This document shows, one piece after another, positions 51,041 to 59,978 of a DNA stretch of 64,000 bases. The notes under the pieces were generated by a model. It made no database searches. It worked only from the letters and a program-made list of their open reading frames with translations, and was not told the DNA's origin. The position numbers were made by a program, and so were the translations under genes. Positions within the stretch are counted from its first letter, which is position 1. Every line of letters begins with the position of its first letter. Source of the DNA: Candidatus Nezhaarchaeales archaeon (GTDB lineage: Archaea > Thermoproteota > Methanomethylicia > Nezhaarchaeales > WYZ-LMO8); assembly GCA_038887515.1 (NCBI GenBank), contig JAWAKK010000001.1, forward strand, positions 480,001 to 544,000, given 5' to 3'.

Positions 51041-52163
51041 ATATTTTAACCGCCTCTCTAACGGCTTCTGCAGCCCTCTGAACGTCGCCCTCGCTCATTC
51101 CGTGGTGCACCGGTAAAGATAAGAGCTTTCTGGAAAGTTCTTCGGTGACCGGTAAGAGTCCCTCCTTCGTATTAAGGAGTCTCCTATATAGCGGCATTAA
51201 GTGCACTGGCGTCTTGTAGTAGACCATTGCTCCTATACCCTTACGATTTAAGTGCTCCTTAACTTTATCCCTAAGCGTAGCATTCCTAAACTTAACCGTG
51301 TACAGGTACCAATTGTGCTTGTAGCCTTCAGGCTCGAAGGGTAACTCAACTTCGTTTAGGGGCTCAAGTAGCTCGGTCATTATCTTCGCATTCCTTCTCC
51401 TAACTTCAAGGAATTTAGGTAACTTCTTTAATTGTACCCTACCTATTGCTGCCTCTATTTCCGGCATCCTAAAGTTTCCCCCGAGCCTAGTCGAAACAAG
51501 TTCGTCTCCCACCCACTCTTGTCCGTGAGTCCTTATAGACCTTAAGGTCCTAGCAAGTTCAACATCGTTTGTAGTTATCATACCTCCCTCGCCGGTCGTC
51601 ATTACCTTGCTAGGGTAAAAGCTAAAGCAACCTGACGTACCAAATGAGCCTGCACGTTTACCTCTAATCTCGGAACCATGAGCTTGAGCTGCGTCCTCCA
51701 CTACCGGAATCCCGTACTTTTCGGCTATTGAGAGTATGGAGTCCATGTTCGCCATTAAGCCGTAGAGATGGACCGGTATTAGTGCCTTAGTCCTACTGCT
51801 TATCCTTCTTTCCACATCAAGAGGATCCATGGTGTAAGTCTTCGAATCTACGTCAACGAAGACAGGTCTAGCGCCCAGTAAGAGGACTACGTTTGCCGTC
51901 GCTACAAACGTTAATGATGGTAGAATGACTTCGTCGCCTGGTCCTACCCCTAAAGCCATGAGGGAAATGTAGAGGGCCGCCGTACCGGAGTTCACAGCCA
52001 CCGCGTTTTTGGTGCCTATGTAAGATGCGAATTCTTCTTCGAATAGCCTTACGTTATGACCCCCCTCAGGCGAGGAGTGTGTTAAAGCTCCTTGGCTTAG
52101 CAGCTTCGCGACTTCAGCTACCTCCTCTTCGCCTAGGACTGGTTTGTTTATTGGTATATTCAT
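51033..52163 (-). CDS. DegT/DnrJ/EryC1/StrS PLP aminotransferase
   Basis: NSGTAAL, EDAAQAHG, FSFYPSKVMTTGEGG. Confidence 0.93.
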   Translation of the reverse strand: MNIPINKPVLGEEEVAEVAKLLSQGALTHSSPEGGHNVRLFEEEFASYIGTKNAVAVNSGTAALYISLMALGVGPGDEVILPSLTFVATANVVLLLGARPVFVDVDSKTYTMDPLDVERRISSRTKALIPVHLYGLMANMDSILSIAEKYGIPVVEDAAQAHGSEIRGKRAGSFGTSGCFSFYPSKVMTTGEGGMITTNDVELARTLRSIRTHGQEWVGDELVSTRLGGNFRMPEIEAAIGRVQLKKLPKFLEVRRRNAKIMTELLEPLNEVELPFEPEGYKHNWYLYTVKFRNATLRDKVKEHLNRKGIGAMVYYKTPVHLMPLYRRLLNTKEGLLPVTEELSRKLLSLPVHHGMSEGDVQRAAEAVREAVKIYA

Positions 52164-52255
52164 TTTAGCGCGCCCTCAAAGCTTCCTCTCTCCTACGGCT
52201 CTAAAAACTTAAACCTTAATTGAACTATGCGTGATAATTAGTTGGAGGAAGGACA

Positions 52256-53500
52256 ATGAATAATAGAGTGTCCGTGGTAGCTGTTGGTTCTCCAGTTCAT
52301 CCACTACAACAACGAACGAAAGCCTTTCACATGCTTTTAAAATCTATTGAAGACCGTGGCTTAGACGTTGAAGTCGTAGCTGAACCTATATCTTCAATGG
52401 AAGAAGTTTGGTCCATTAGACATAAGATACTTAGCTTAGACAAGCCTCTAGTCATACTACACCTTACGGGCGGAACCTCTAAGCTAGCAGTCGAAGTAGC
52501 GAAGTGGTGTAATACTCCTATTACGCTCGTTACTCACGGTGAAGGCAATTCACTACCCTCAGGCCTAGAGACGCTTGTTAGGCTTAAGCGTCTGGGGCTT
52601 AGCGCCAAAATTGAGTTCCTCGAGCCTAGTAGTGGAACACTCAAAATCAAGGAGTTGGAAAGCGTCTTCGTAGGCTGCATGACTATTATAGGTGAAGTTT
52701 CTCCGAGGACATTCGATATTACTTGCCCAGCTACTTTAGCTCATAGACTTAAGGTTAAGATCATGCATTTAGCGGAGGAGGAGCTCGAAAAATATCTTGA
52801 AAGGCATGTGCGGGACGCTGAGCTTTCTCATAGTTTTCTCTCTGAGTTTAGGGGTGAAGTAAGGGTACCAGTACAAGAGCTTCAATTGAGCTTAGCTTTA
52901 AAGGAGGCTATCAAGGAGGCTGTCGAGAAAATGAAGTGCAACGTATTTACTGTTGACTGCTTCGAAATCCTTAAGAGGATTAGCGTAACTCCTTGCTTGG
53001 CCATATCTTTACTATCTGAAGAAGGTTTCTTAGGAATCTGCGAAGCTGATGTACAAGCAGCGGCATGCATGATTGCAATTAGAGAACTAGTTCACCCATT
53101 CATGGGCAACATAGTTGCGGTAAACGACGAATCGGTGACGCTAGCTCACTGTACTGCTGCTACGGTGTTAGCTTCAAACATTAGCAAGGTTAAACTGAAA
53201 AGCCACTTTGAGACCGACAGGAGCGTGGCTGTTGATGTTCCATTAAGGTTAGGCGAGGCTGTAATGATTAGTTGCGACCCTCAGCTCAGAGATGCGTACG
53301 TAGTTGAGTGCTACATTGATAGAAGTCAGCTCGAAAAAGAGAGTATGTGTAGAACTCAAGTATTGCTTAGACTTAAGTCTAAGCAATCAAAGGTCTTGGC
53401 TGAATGGCCTGGCGGTCACGCAGTCTTAGCAGTCCAAGTCGGTCTAACAGAAGTTAAAAACGCCCTATTGAAAAGAGGATTTACCGTCAAGGAACTTTAA
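52256..53500 (+). CDS. L-fucose/L-arabinose isomerase-like protein (divergent)
   Basis: TGGT, NSLPS, FTVDCF, TPCLA, CEAD, LAHCT, HFET, CRTQ. Confidence 0.7.
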   Translation: MNNRVSVVAVGSPVHPLQQRTKAFHMLLKSIEDRGLDVEVVAEPISSMEEVWSIRHKILSLDKPLVILHLTGGTSKLAVEVAKWCNTPITLVTHGEGNSLPSGLETLVRLKRLGLSAKIEFLEPSSGTLKIKELESVFVGCMTIIGEVSPRTFDITCPATLAHRLKVKIMHLAEEELEKYLERHVRDAELSHSFLSEFRGEVRVPVQELQLSLALKEAIKEAVEKMKCNVFTVDCFEILKRISVTPCLAISLLSEEGFLGICEADVQAAACMIAIRELVHPFMGNIVAVNDESVTLAHCTAATVLASNISKVKLKSHFETDRSVAVDVPLRLGEAVMISCDPQLRDAYVVECYIDRSQLEKESMCRTQVLLRLKSKQSKVLAEWPGGHAVLAVQVGLTEVKNALLKRGFTVKEL

Positions 53501-53612
53501 CTCCTTAAACTGGTGAGGAACGTTTGCTTAAGAGTTAACCTTAAAATCTATGGAACCGAATCTTAGACGGTCGTTTAATGTTTATAAACCGAGACATAGC
53601 AACGTATATAGC

Positions 53613-53945
53613 ATGGCCACGTTGAACACGGGTCTAATAATAGCGGGCGCCTACGCCGACAAGGCTAGAAGGGTCCTAATGGCTCAAGTAAAGGGTCAAG
53701 TAAACCCGCAAGAGGCTGTAAGGGCTTCGGCTGAGCTAAACAAGGTACTATATGAAGTCATAGTCAACGGGATTAAGGCCGATAAAGGCGATGTAGTCAG
53801 GGTAGTCATAGACTACGAGCTCAATAATAACCAGATAAAGTGGAACTTTGAAACTTTAAGGATAGAGTTCTTTAAGAGAGTTCCCGATGAAGAAGTAAAA
53901 AGGAAGATTTGCGAGGCCTTAACTAAGGTCATGGGTGCACGGTAA
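53613..53945 (+). CDS. ThermoDBP/DUF2258 single-stranded nucleic-acid binding protein
   Basis: LNTGLIIAGAYADKARRVL...AELN...DKGDVVRV. TTTATAAA at 53581-53588 implies a leaderless ATG at 53613. Confidence 0.88.
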   Translation: MATLNTGLIIAGAYADKARRVLMAQVKGQVNPQEAVRASAELNKVLYEVIVNGIKADKGDVVRVVIDYELNNNQIKWNFETLRIEFFKRVPDEEVKRKICEALTKVMGAR

Positions 53946-54071
53946 TTTAGCTTAAACTTAGAAAGCGACGACACTCCACCTTATATTTTTAAATTTTACG
54001 TAATCCTCTTCATGAAAGAAAGACAATAAAAGTGAATAAAAAAAGAATTCTAGTACCGATGTTTCTTTCTT

Positions 54072-54362
54072 CTACTTCTTCCTCTCTACCGTTATCTCTA
54101 TCGTGGAGACGTTTCTAGCTTGCTCGCCTTCGCCGACCTTCTCGGTACCTATTTTGACGTCCGTTATCTCTACCTGGTTTACTAGGAACCTGGTCTTCAC
54201 GATCTCGGCTGCATCGACGGCTTTCGATATAGCCCTCCCTCTAGCCTTTATTATTACTTTGTCCGCCCCCTGGTTGAACTGAATTACCGTTGCAAGGACG
54301 TAGTTCATGGTTGGTTTGTTTCCAACTAAAACAACATTCTCTCCTGTTTTTGGTTTGCTCAT
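54072..54362 (-). CDS. albA: DNA/RNA-binding protein Alba
   Basis: [44 protein letters not shown] before ATG 54362. Confidence 0.95.
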   Translation of the reverse strand: MSKPKTGENVVLVGNKPTMNYVLATVIQFNQGADKVIIKARGRAISKAVDAAEIVKTRFLVNQVEITDVKIGTEKVGEGEQARNVSTIEITVERKK

Positions 54363-54446
54363 GTCTTGTAACCTCCGCCTCGATGGTTTGTCGTAGTCTG
54401 ACACTTCTGTATCCGGTTAGTTTTAAACTCTTCGCTTAAACCTGGT

Positions 54447-55205
54447 TTATCGGAATAAGTCCTCCTGAGGAGGCATTATTAACTCTCTTACCGTTGCATT
54501 GTCGCTCTTCTCAAACTTCAATCCTCTTACGATAGCGGCTGGTACTCCTTCATTGGCCTGACCCATCACCAGCTCCGCTGCAGAAGCTATTTCATCCGCG
54601 ATAGCTGTTATCTTAGACTTAAGGACGTAACCGAAGAGGTCGCTCTCTCCTCTCCTATCTCTTAGAGGCCTTATTCCGGCTACACCTATTGCCACGTTTA
54701 TCTGACCCCTCCTAAAGGGTCTTCCATGCGTGTCGCTAATTATGACTGCTACGTCAACGCCCTTCAGTTTCTTAATGGTTTCTCTTATCTTAGCTGCTTC
54801 TTCATCTGGATCTGGCGGTAGAGTTACCGCGCTAAGCCCTCCATCGACATTAGAGACGTCGACGCCGGCGTTAGCGCACACGAAACCGTGTTTGGTCTCG
54901 CAAATAATGAGGTTACTTCCTAGCTTAACTATTTTGTTGGTTTCTCGGAGTATTACTTCAACGAGTTCTGGCGGTTTCCCTAAGGCTCTCGATAACGCTA
55001 TGGCTTTATCCGACGGCTGTACTTCACTTAGCCTATATATTAGACCCCTTGCCTTGGAAACTACTTTCTGAGAAATCACGAGGACATCGTTATCTATAAG
55101 CGGCGTCCCCTGTTTCTCAGCTGCCTCACATATGAGGATAGCTATGTCATCTCCAGGCTTTACCGGTACGGGGATGCCCCCTATTGGTATTATCTTTATC
55201 TCCAT
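54447..55205 (-). CDS. cofE: Coenzyme F420-0:L-glutamate ligase
   Basis: GDDIA, QKVVSKA, ANAGVDVSN, SDTHGRPFRRG, DEIASAAEL, DLFR. Confidence 0.92.
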   Translation of the reverse strand: MEIKIIPIGGIPVPVKPGDDIAILICEAAEKQGTPLIDNDVLVISQKVVSKARGLIYRLSEVQPSDKAIALSRALGKPPELVEVILRETNKIVKLGSNLIICETKHGFVCANAGVDVSNVDGGLSAVTLPPDPDEEAAKIRETIKKLKGVDVAVIISDTHGRPFRRGQINVAIGVAGIRPLRDRRGESDLFGYVLKSKITAIADEIASAAELVMGQANEGVPAAIVRGLKFEKSDNATVRELIMPPQEDLFR

Positions 55206-55208
55206 GGT

Positions 55209-55607
55209 TTAACACGTAATTTCTTCATCGACCATGCTTTTAAGCCTTGCATAAAGTTTTGAATGCAGGCTTCCACAATAGCTGATATATAAGTTAAAGC
55301 ACTTAGCTTTAGCGGATGCCGTTAATATCTCGCATATCCTAAGATAAGCCTTCAAGCTGGCGAATTTGCTTGCAACAGACAATCTGGAGGCGTGAGAATA
55401 AAGATCTAGAATGACGTTGCTATCCCTAGAGATTTCTAGAGGTAGTGATACTACTTGCTCAAATTGCTTAAAAAGGTCTAAAACCTCTATCAGCTGGAAT
55501 GTCTCCAAAGGTTTATCGGACACTACGATCTTCGCAACGCCCGACACCTTCAATGACTTTAAGAGAGGTCTATTGCCATCGCCAACAACTAGGTAGGTCC
55601 TCCCCAT
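55209..55607 (-). CDS. Hypothetical protein
   Basis: RBS GAGGTG before ATG 55607; ends 3 nt before cofE. Confidence 0.65.
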   Translation of the reverse strand: MGRTYLVVGDGNRPLLKSLKVSGVAKIVVSDKPLETFQLIEVLDLFKQFEQVVSLPLEISRDSNVILDLYSHASRLSVASKFASLKAYLRICEILTASAKAKCFNLYISYCGSLHSKLYARLKSMVDEEITC

Positions 55608-55620
55608 ACATACACCTCGG

Positions 55621-55956
55621 TTAAAAGAACAAATGATAGAAAAGGCATGCACCTATATGGCTACAGGTATGTCTCCTAGACTTAAAGTACGGCTTGTAGG
55701 GTTGATTGCATGTACATATAAGCGACCCTCTACCCTCGTCGTACTTAACTACGTATAGATGCTCAGCGTCACCAAGCTTCTTCCTCCCCCTAACTATCCA
55801 CGTGTTTTTACGGCACTCGTAGACGTCGTACACCCTCGCAATACTTCTTTTAACCCACGACTTACCCTTTGCCTCAGTTAATTCAAGAAGCTTCTCTACG
55901 ATGCCGCAATCTAATGTTTTTGGGCTGGCATCAGGCTCTCTACGCCACATCTTCAA
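55621..55956 (-). CDS. SWIM zinc-finger protein
   Basis: YVVKY...LICTC-x14-CSHIGA (CxC-xn-CxH). Overlaps the end of the RadA paralogue gene. Confidence 0.85.
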   Translation of the reverse strand: MKMWRREPDASPKTLDCGIVEKLLELTEAKGKSWVKRSIARVYDVYECRKNTWIVRGRKKLGDAEHLYVVKYDEGRGSLICTCNQPYKPYFKSRRHTCSHIGACLFYHLFF

Positions 55957-56905
55957 CCCCCCTCTCGGTTATCATATAACTTGCCGACGCACCATAGGGT
56001 AGCGTTGGGCTGTCAAGGACGGTCATCGTACCCTTTAGAAAGCCTCTTTCACTCTTGGTGCTTAAAAAGAACCTATGCGTTGTGGCGTGAGCAAGAGTTG
56101 TGCCTCCTATGGGTTTCAGCCTCTCATTGATATTTACGAAAGCCACTGGCACCTCCATTACCGGCGTCGTAACGACCACTATAACTTCGTATAGCCTGGC
56201 GATCCTTATAAGCCAGTCAAGTACGTAACCCAACCTGCTCTGCCTCAAGGCTAAAGACTCCCTTCCAGAGTATTCAGTTCTAAACCTTGACATTAGAGAG
56301 TCGACGATAACGAGCTTTATGCCCCCCTCTATTGTCCTCACGAGATCCGAGGTTACTACCTGAAGTAGGTGATCCGTATTTATGACGTCTATGACGTAGA
56401 TGTTGTTCAACGCGTGTTCGGGGTCAAGACCGAACCTCTCAGCTATAGACCTGACCCTGCTGGGGTCGAACGTCCCCTCAGTGTCCATGAAGTAGCATTT
56501 ACCTCCAATACCTCCCTTATTGGTCGATAGCTGAACTGTAATTGAGAGTTGCAGGCAAAGTTGGGTTTTTCCTGTTCCAGGCTGCCCGCATAACTCGTAG
56601 ATAGCCTTAGGCCTTAAGCCACCGTTAAGGAGGAGGTCTATGCTCTTGACTCCGATAGTCAAATGCGGTAGAGGTCTTTGAACTGAGTAGTCAGAAGCCT
56701 TAACAGCCTTTAAAGGCATGAAGATGCTCCTAGCGTGTGCAAGCGCCCTCCTTAGAGTCCTCTCATCGGCGTCAACTAAGCCTAATAGTTCATCGATATT
56801 AAACAACGATAGATGTTTGGCCGAGCATACACCAATACTTCGAAGCTTCTCTGCGGTCTTAGGTCCTATGCCCTCTAGATCCTCGAGCTTAACCTCTCCA
56901 CTCAA
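55940..56905 (-). CDS. radA: RadA/Rad51-family recombinase, divergent paralogue retaining the N-terminal HhH domain
   Basis: LEDLEGIGPKTAEKL, GQPGTGKTQLC, DTEGTF, IVDSL, LALRQ, GGTTLAH, LDSP. Confidence 0.85.
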   Translation of the reverse strand: MSGEVKLEDLEGIGPKTAEKLRSIGVCSAKHLSLFNIDELLGLVDADERTLRRALAHARSIFMPLKAVKASDYSVQRPLPHLTIGVKSIDLLLNGGLRPKAIYELCGQPGTGKTQLCLQLSITVQLSTNKGGIGGKCYFMDTEGTFDPSRVRSIAERFGLDPEHALNNIYVIDVINTDHLLQVVTSDLVRTIEGGIKLVIVDSLMSRFRTEYSGRESLALRQSRLGYVLDWLIRIARLYEVIVVVTTPVMEVPVAFVNINERLKPIGGTTLAHATTHRFFLSTKSERGFLKGTMTVLDSPTLPYGASASYMITERGVEDVA

Positions 56906-57105
56906 TTAGAGACACCTCTAAGATCACCTATTAGCAAGTTAATGGCTGTAAGAGCTCTAAGGGCAAGGGCTAGGCGTCGATCGACTTCTTCGATACTAAT
57001 TTCTGATATCATTGCTTGACAAGCTTCTAAGATTGCTTGGAACTCCAGCAGACTGTACTCTTCGATGAAGAGTACCCTTTCTTCTTTGGCCCTCTTAGCC
57101 CTCAA
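56902..57105 (-). CDS. Small helical hypothetical protein
   Basis: 67 aa, 4-nt overlap with the RadA paralogue start. Confidence 0.55.
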   Translation of the reverse strand: MRAKRAKEERVLFIEEYSLLEFQAILEACQAMISEISIEEVDRRLALALRALTAINLLIGDLRGVSN

Positions 57106-57227
57106 CTTTAACTCTCTCTTTACCCTCTAGCCACTACAGGATTTGTACATCGTTAACAAAATCGTATAGAGGCCTTTACATGAGGCCCCTGCGATCCAAG
57201 TTAGAGAACACCCTTTCCTTTTCCTTT

Positions 57228-58511
57228 CTATTCTCGTATCAACCAGCCCTCCAATGCTTCAAGCTCCTCTAAAGCATTAAGGCCACGAACCGTAATTTTG
57301 AGCCAGTACTTACCGTCGGCTCCCACGACTTCGTTTGCAAGTCCATGGATTAATAGTGCGTTTACGAGCTTTGAAGCTTCCATCGATGATACGTCGAGCC
57401 TATGTATCGCATATGATATTACTGAATCCCTTGTTGACGCTCCATCTCTCAAGAAGTTCAAGACCTCGTACGCCATCTTAGCTTTATTGCCCAGCTTTGC
57501 TTGAAGCATTGATTTAGGGACCTCGACAGGGACCTTAAGTTCTTCAATCGCACTTATCTTTGCCGTCTCCTCAAGAGGAACCTCAACCACTCCACTTGAA
57601 TAAGCGAGACTATACGCGAACCTCTCTTTACTGTTGAGGAGCCTGAGATATCTTCGACCAACAACTGCACTAACATATCTTACATCTTCTGGTGTAATGG
57701 GTGAGCCCATGATTGCCATGCGGGCTCCCGCTCTCAATTCCAGCGGTATAGATGATGTGCCGTTCGCGCATGCGATAACTATCGAGGACTCGGCCCTCAT
57801 CTTGTTAAGAAGGTCTATAAGGTTCTTCCAAGCAGAGCCTATGAACTCTTTAAGTATGTCGACGTCGCATAAAGTCACGACCCCCTTAAAACCGCTTTTT
57901 AGTAAATGCATCAATATGGCCATGGATATAAGCGAAGCATAACTTGGCGGTAGCTCGTACATCGATATCAGCGCTTGAATATTCGTAAGCTCAAAATGGC
58001 TACTACATGCCGCTCCAAGCCTACCCCTCCCCATAGCCTCCACTATCTCTATGAGTTCAACGGCATCTCGATTCGTTAGTTCGTTTGATTCTAACTCCAG
58101 CGCGGATGTAATGTCTTCAATTGTCGGATCCTTTCCGGTCAGATACGTTCTAGTAAGCGCTCTTCTAAGAGACGAGGTTTGCGCGTTATTCAAGTTAAAG
58201 GCTCCCTTGAAGGCATCAGCAACGAAGTGTGCGTAGACTAGCTTGTCTCCGACTGGCTTAAATGGATTGAATGAGGCGTTTAGACCAAGACTTACATGCT
58301 TAAGCCATCTAGGACCCTCAGCTATGTAGGGCGATATTACCACCAAATTTGCTGAGTCCGCCAACTGTCCCAGCAAGTGGTATGTAGCGTTTAAGCTCCA
58401 CGCACCGCTGATTACTAGTGGGTGTGCGCTAAACAAGTTGACCCTTAAAGTACTCGTCAGCGCCTCCGCGTCATCCTCAATTATAAATCCAACATCAACC
58501 TCAAAGCTCAT
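57228..58511 (-). CDS. Degenerate HerA/VirB4/FtsK-like ATPase with probable C-terminal winged helix
   Basis: FNPF...FVADAFKGAFNLNNAQTSSLRRAL...Y....PTIEDI resembles the helical insert of this family. No intact Walker A or B. C-terminus VNALLIHGLA...LKITVRG. Confidence 0.55.
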   Translation of the reverse strand: MSFEVDVGFIIEDDAEALTSTLRVNLFSAHPLVISGAWSLNATYHLLGQLADSANLVVISPYIAEGPRWLKHVSLGLNASFNPFKPVGDKLVYAHFVADAFKGAFNLNNAQTSSLRRALTRTYLTGKDPTIEDITSALELESNELTNRDAVELIEIVEAMGRGRLGAACSSHFELTNIQALISMYELPPSYASLISMAILMHLLKSGFKGVVTLCDVDILKEFIGSAWKNLIDLLNKMRAESSIVIACANGTSSIPLELRAGARMAIMGSPITPEDVRYVSAVVGRRYLRLLNSKERFAYSLAYSSGVVEVPLEETAKISAIEELKVPVEVPKSMLQAKLGNKAKMAYEVLNFLRDGASTRDSVISYAIHRLDVSSMEASKLVNALLIHGLANEVVGADGKYWLKITVRGLNALEELEALEGWLIRE

Positions 58512-59134
58512 GCCACAACCCCCTTGACGGCTCTAATAAGCTCGTCGAACTCCAGAACACAGATCTCGGACCTCGGCAACCTGGCCTTAACGGCTCCCAT
58601 GGTCGTCGTAAGGCCCTTAACGACTTCATCTACTACTTCCTTTGCAGTCTCCAAGAACTCCTTATCGAGTGGCTTGCGTACTTTAATCATAATTATAAAG
58701 CATGCATCCCCCGACGTTTTCTTAGAAACTATCAAGTTGCTTTCAAAGCCGGTCTTCGCCGCTACATCTATTGCACCTAGAAGCTCTACAACTCGGCCTC
58801 CCCCCAAGGACCTTACTTCCAAGCACCCTAAGCCTAGAGCTTCAGCACCATTTCTCACTACGACTGCTGGTCCTATGCCTTCAACTTCATATACTTGAAT
58901 ATCGCTTATTGTCGACGCCTTACATGCACGCTCTTTTCTCTTCGACCTCGGCCACTTGAGTCTCTTAACGAGTTTGTATAGGTACTTTCCAACTTTGTAG
59001 ATGATGTACGCCCCTATGGGTATCAGAAGCCAAGGAAAGAAGACGGATAACAACAATACTAGCAATAGTAATGTTGTCCTTAGGCTTATTATCCCTTTCC
59101 TAGAGGTTGAGGGTCTATTAACAGGTTCTATCAT
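58508..59134 (-). CDS. Hypothetical membrane-anchored protein
   Basis: N-terminal hydrophobic stretch, then a basic linker and soluble domain. ATGA overlap with the next gene. Confidence 0.7.
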   Translation of the reverse strand: MIEPVNRPSTSRKGIISLRTTLLLLVLLLSVFFPWLLIPIGAYIIYKVGKYLYKLVKRLKWPRSKRKERACKASTISDIQVYEVEGIGPAVVVRNGAEALGLGCLEVRSLGGGRVVELLGAIDVAAKTGFESNLIVSKKTSGDACFIIMIKVRKPLDKEFLETAKEVVDEVVKGLTTTMGAVKARLPRSEICVLEFDELIRAVKGVVA

Positions 59135-59222
59135 CGTCCCATCGCTTTTAAGTCAAGCTAAAGCACCCAATAAACAGTCGGACCATCAAAATGCGCTCGA
59201 GACATCTTAAAACAACATTGTA

Positions 59223-59236
59223 GGAGTGCGCACTCC
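59223..59236. promoter_or_regulatory. 14-bp perfect palindrome in divergent promoter region
   Basis: ggagtgc|gcactcc between the membrane/RadA run and udg. Confidence 0.4.
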
Positions 59237-59289
59237 CTACCGGCTACACGGGCTTAATCAATCATTGTAAAGCTTAAAGGTGCCTTTCT

Positions 59290-59940
59290 ATGCTGAATTC
59301 TATGATTACTGTGAATAGCGAAAGGGCTAGACTACTTGAAGAAATAGCAAAAGAGATCGCTAATTGTAGGAAGTGTAGGCTGTGGTCTTCGAGGACTAAG
59401 CCTGTTCCAGGTCGAGGAAACATAAATGCAGACGTCATACTTATTGGGGAGGCGCCGGGGTACAACGAAGACCTAGAGGGAGAACCTTTCGTTGGAGCTG
59501 CAGGTAAGCTTTTAGACCAACTCTTAGACATAGCCCGTCTTAAACGGAAGGAAGTTTTCATAACTAATGTATTAAAATGTAGGCCGCCGAATAATAGGGA
59601 TCCATTACCAGACGAGATTGAGGCATGCGGTCAATACCTCGATAGGCAGGTAGCGGCCATAAGGCCCAAAATTGTCGTGTGTCTCGGTAGACATTCAACA
59701 AGCTACGTACTACTTAAAGGCGGTATAAAGGTTCACTTTGGAGGAAGTGCTGTAAGCATATCGGCTGTCAGAGGTCAACTATTTAAACTGAGCTTTGAAG
59801 GGCTTAACCTTCTAGTAATACCTACTTATCACCCGGCTGCGGGGCTATATAACCCTAAATTGAAGAAAGAATTGCTTAGTGACTTCGACTTTATAGGGAG
59901 GATCGTAGAGAAAGTTCGTGAAGGCTTGTTAACCATTTAG
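59290..59940 (+). CDS. udg: Uracil-DNA glycosylase family 4 (Fe-S)
   Basis: CRKCRL, GEAPG, PFVGAAG, NVLKCRPPNNR, TYHPAA. Confidence 0.95.
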   Translation: MLNSMITVNSERARLLEEIAKEIANCRKCRLWSSRTKPVPGRGNINADVILIGEAPGYNEDLEGEPFVGAAGKLLDQLLDIARLKRKEVFITNVLKCRPPNNRDPLPDEIEACGQYLDRQVAAIRPKIVVCLGRHSTSYVLLKGGIKVHFGGSAVSISAVRGQLFKLSFEGLNLLVIPTYHPAAGLYNPKLKKELLSDFDFIGRIVEKVREGLLTI

Positions 59941-59978
59941 AGCTAAGCTATTTAATTAAGTTAGGCGATAGAAGGTTT

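Noticed and set aside
53550-53612. N-terminal extensions in the ORF track (ThermoDBP 53550; likewise Alba 54404, hypothetical 55652, nfo 41580)
   Set aside because: Promoter/RBS positions and family N-termini favour the downstream starts.
55940-56905. Intein in RadA
   Set aside because: Normal length (321 aa) and no intein splice motifs after Walker A.
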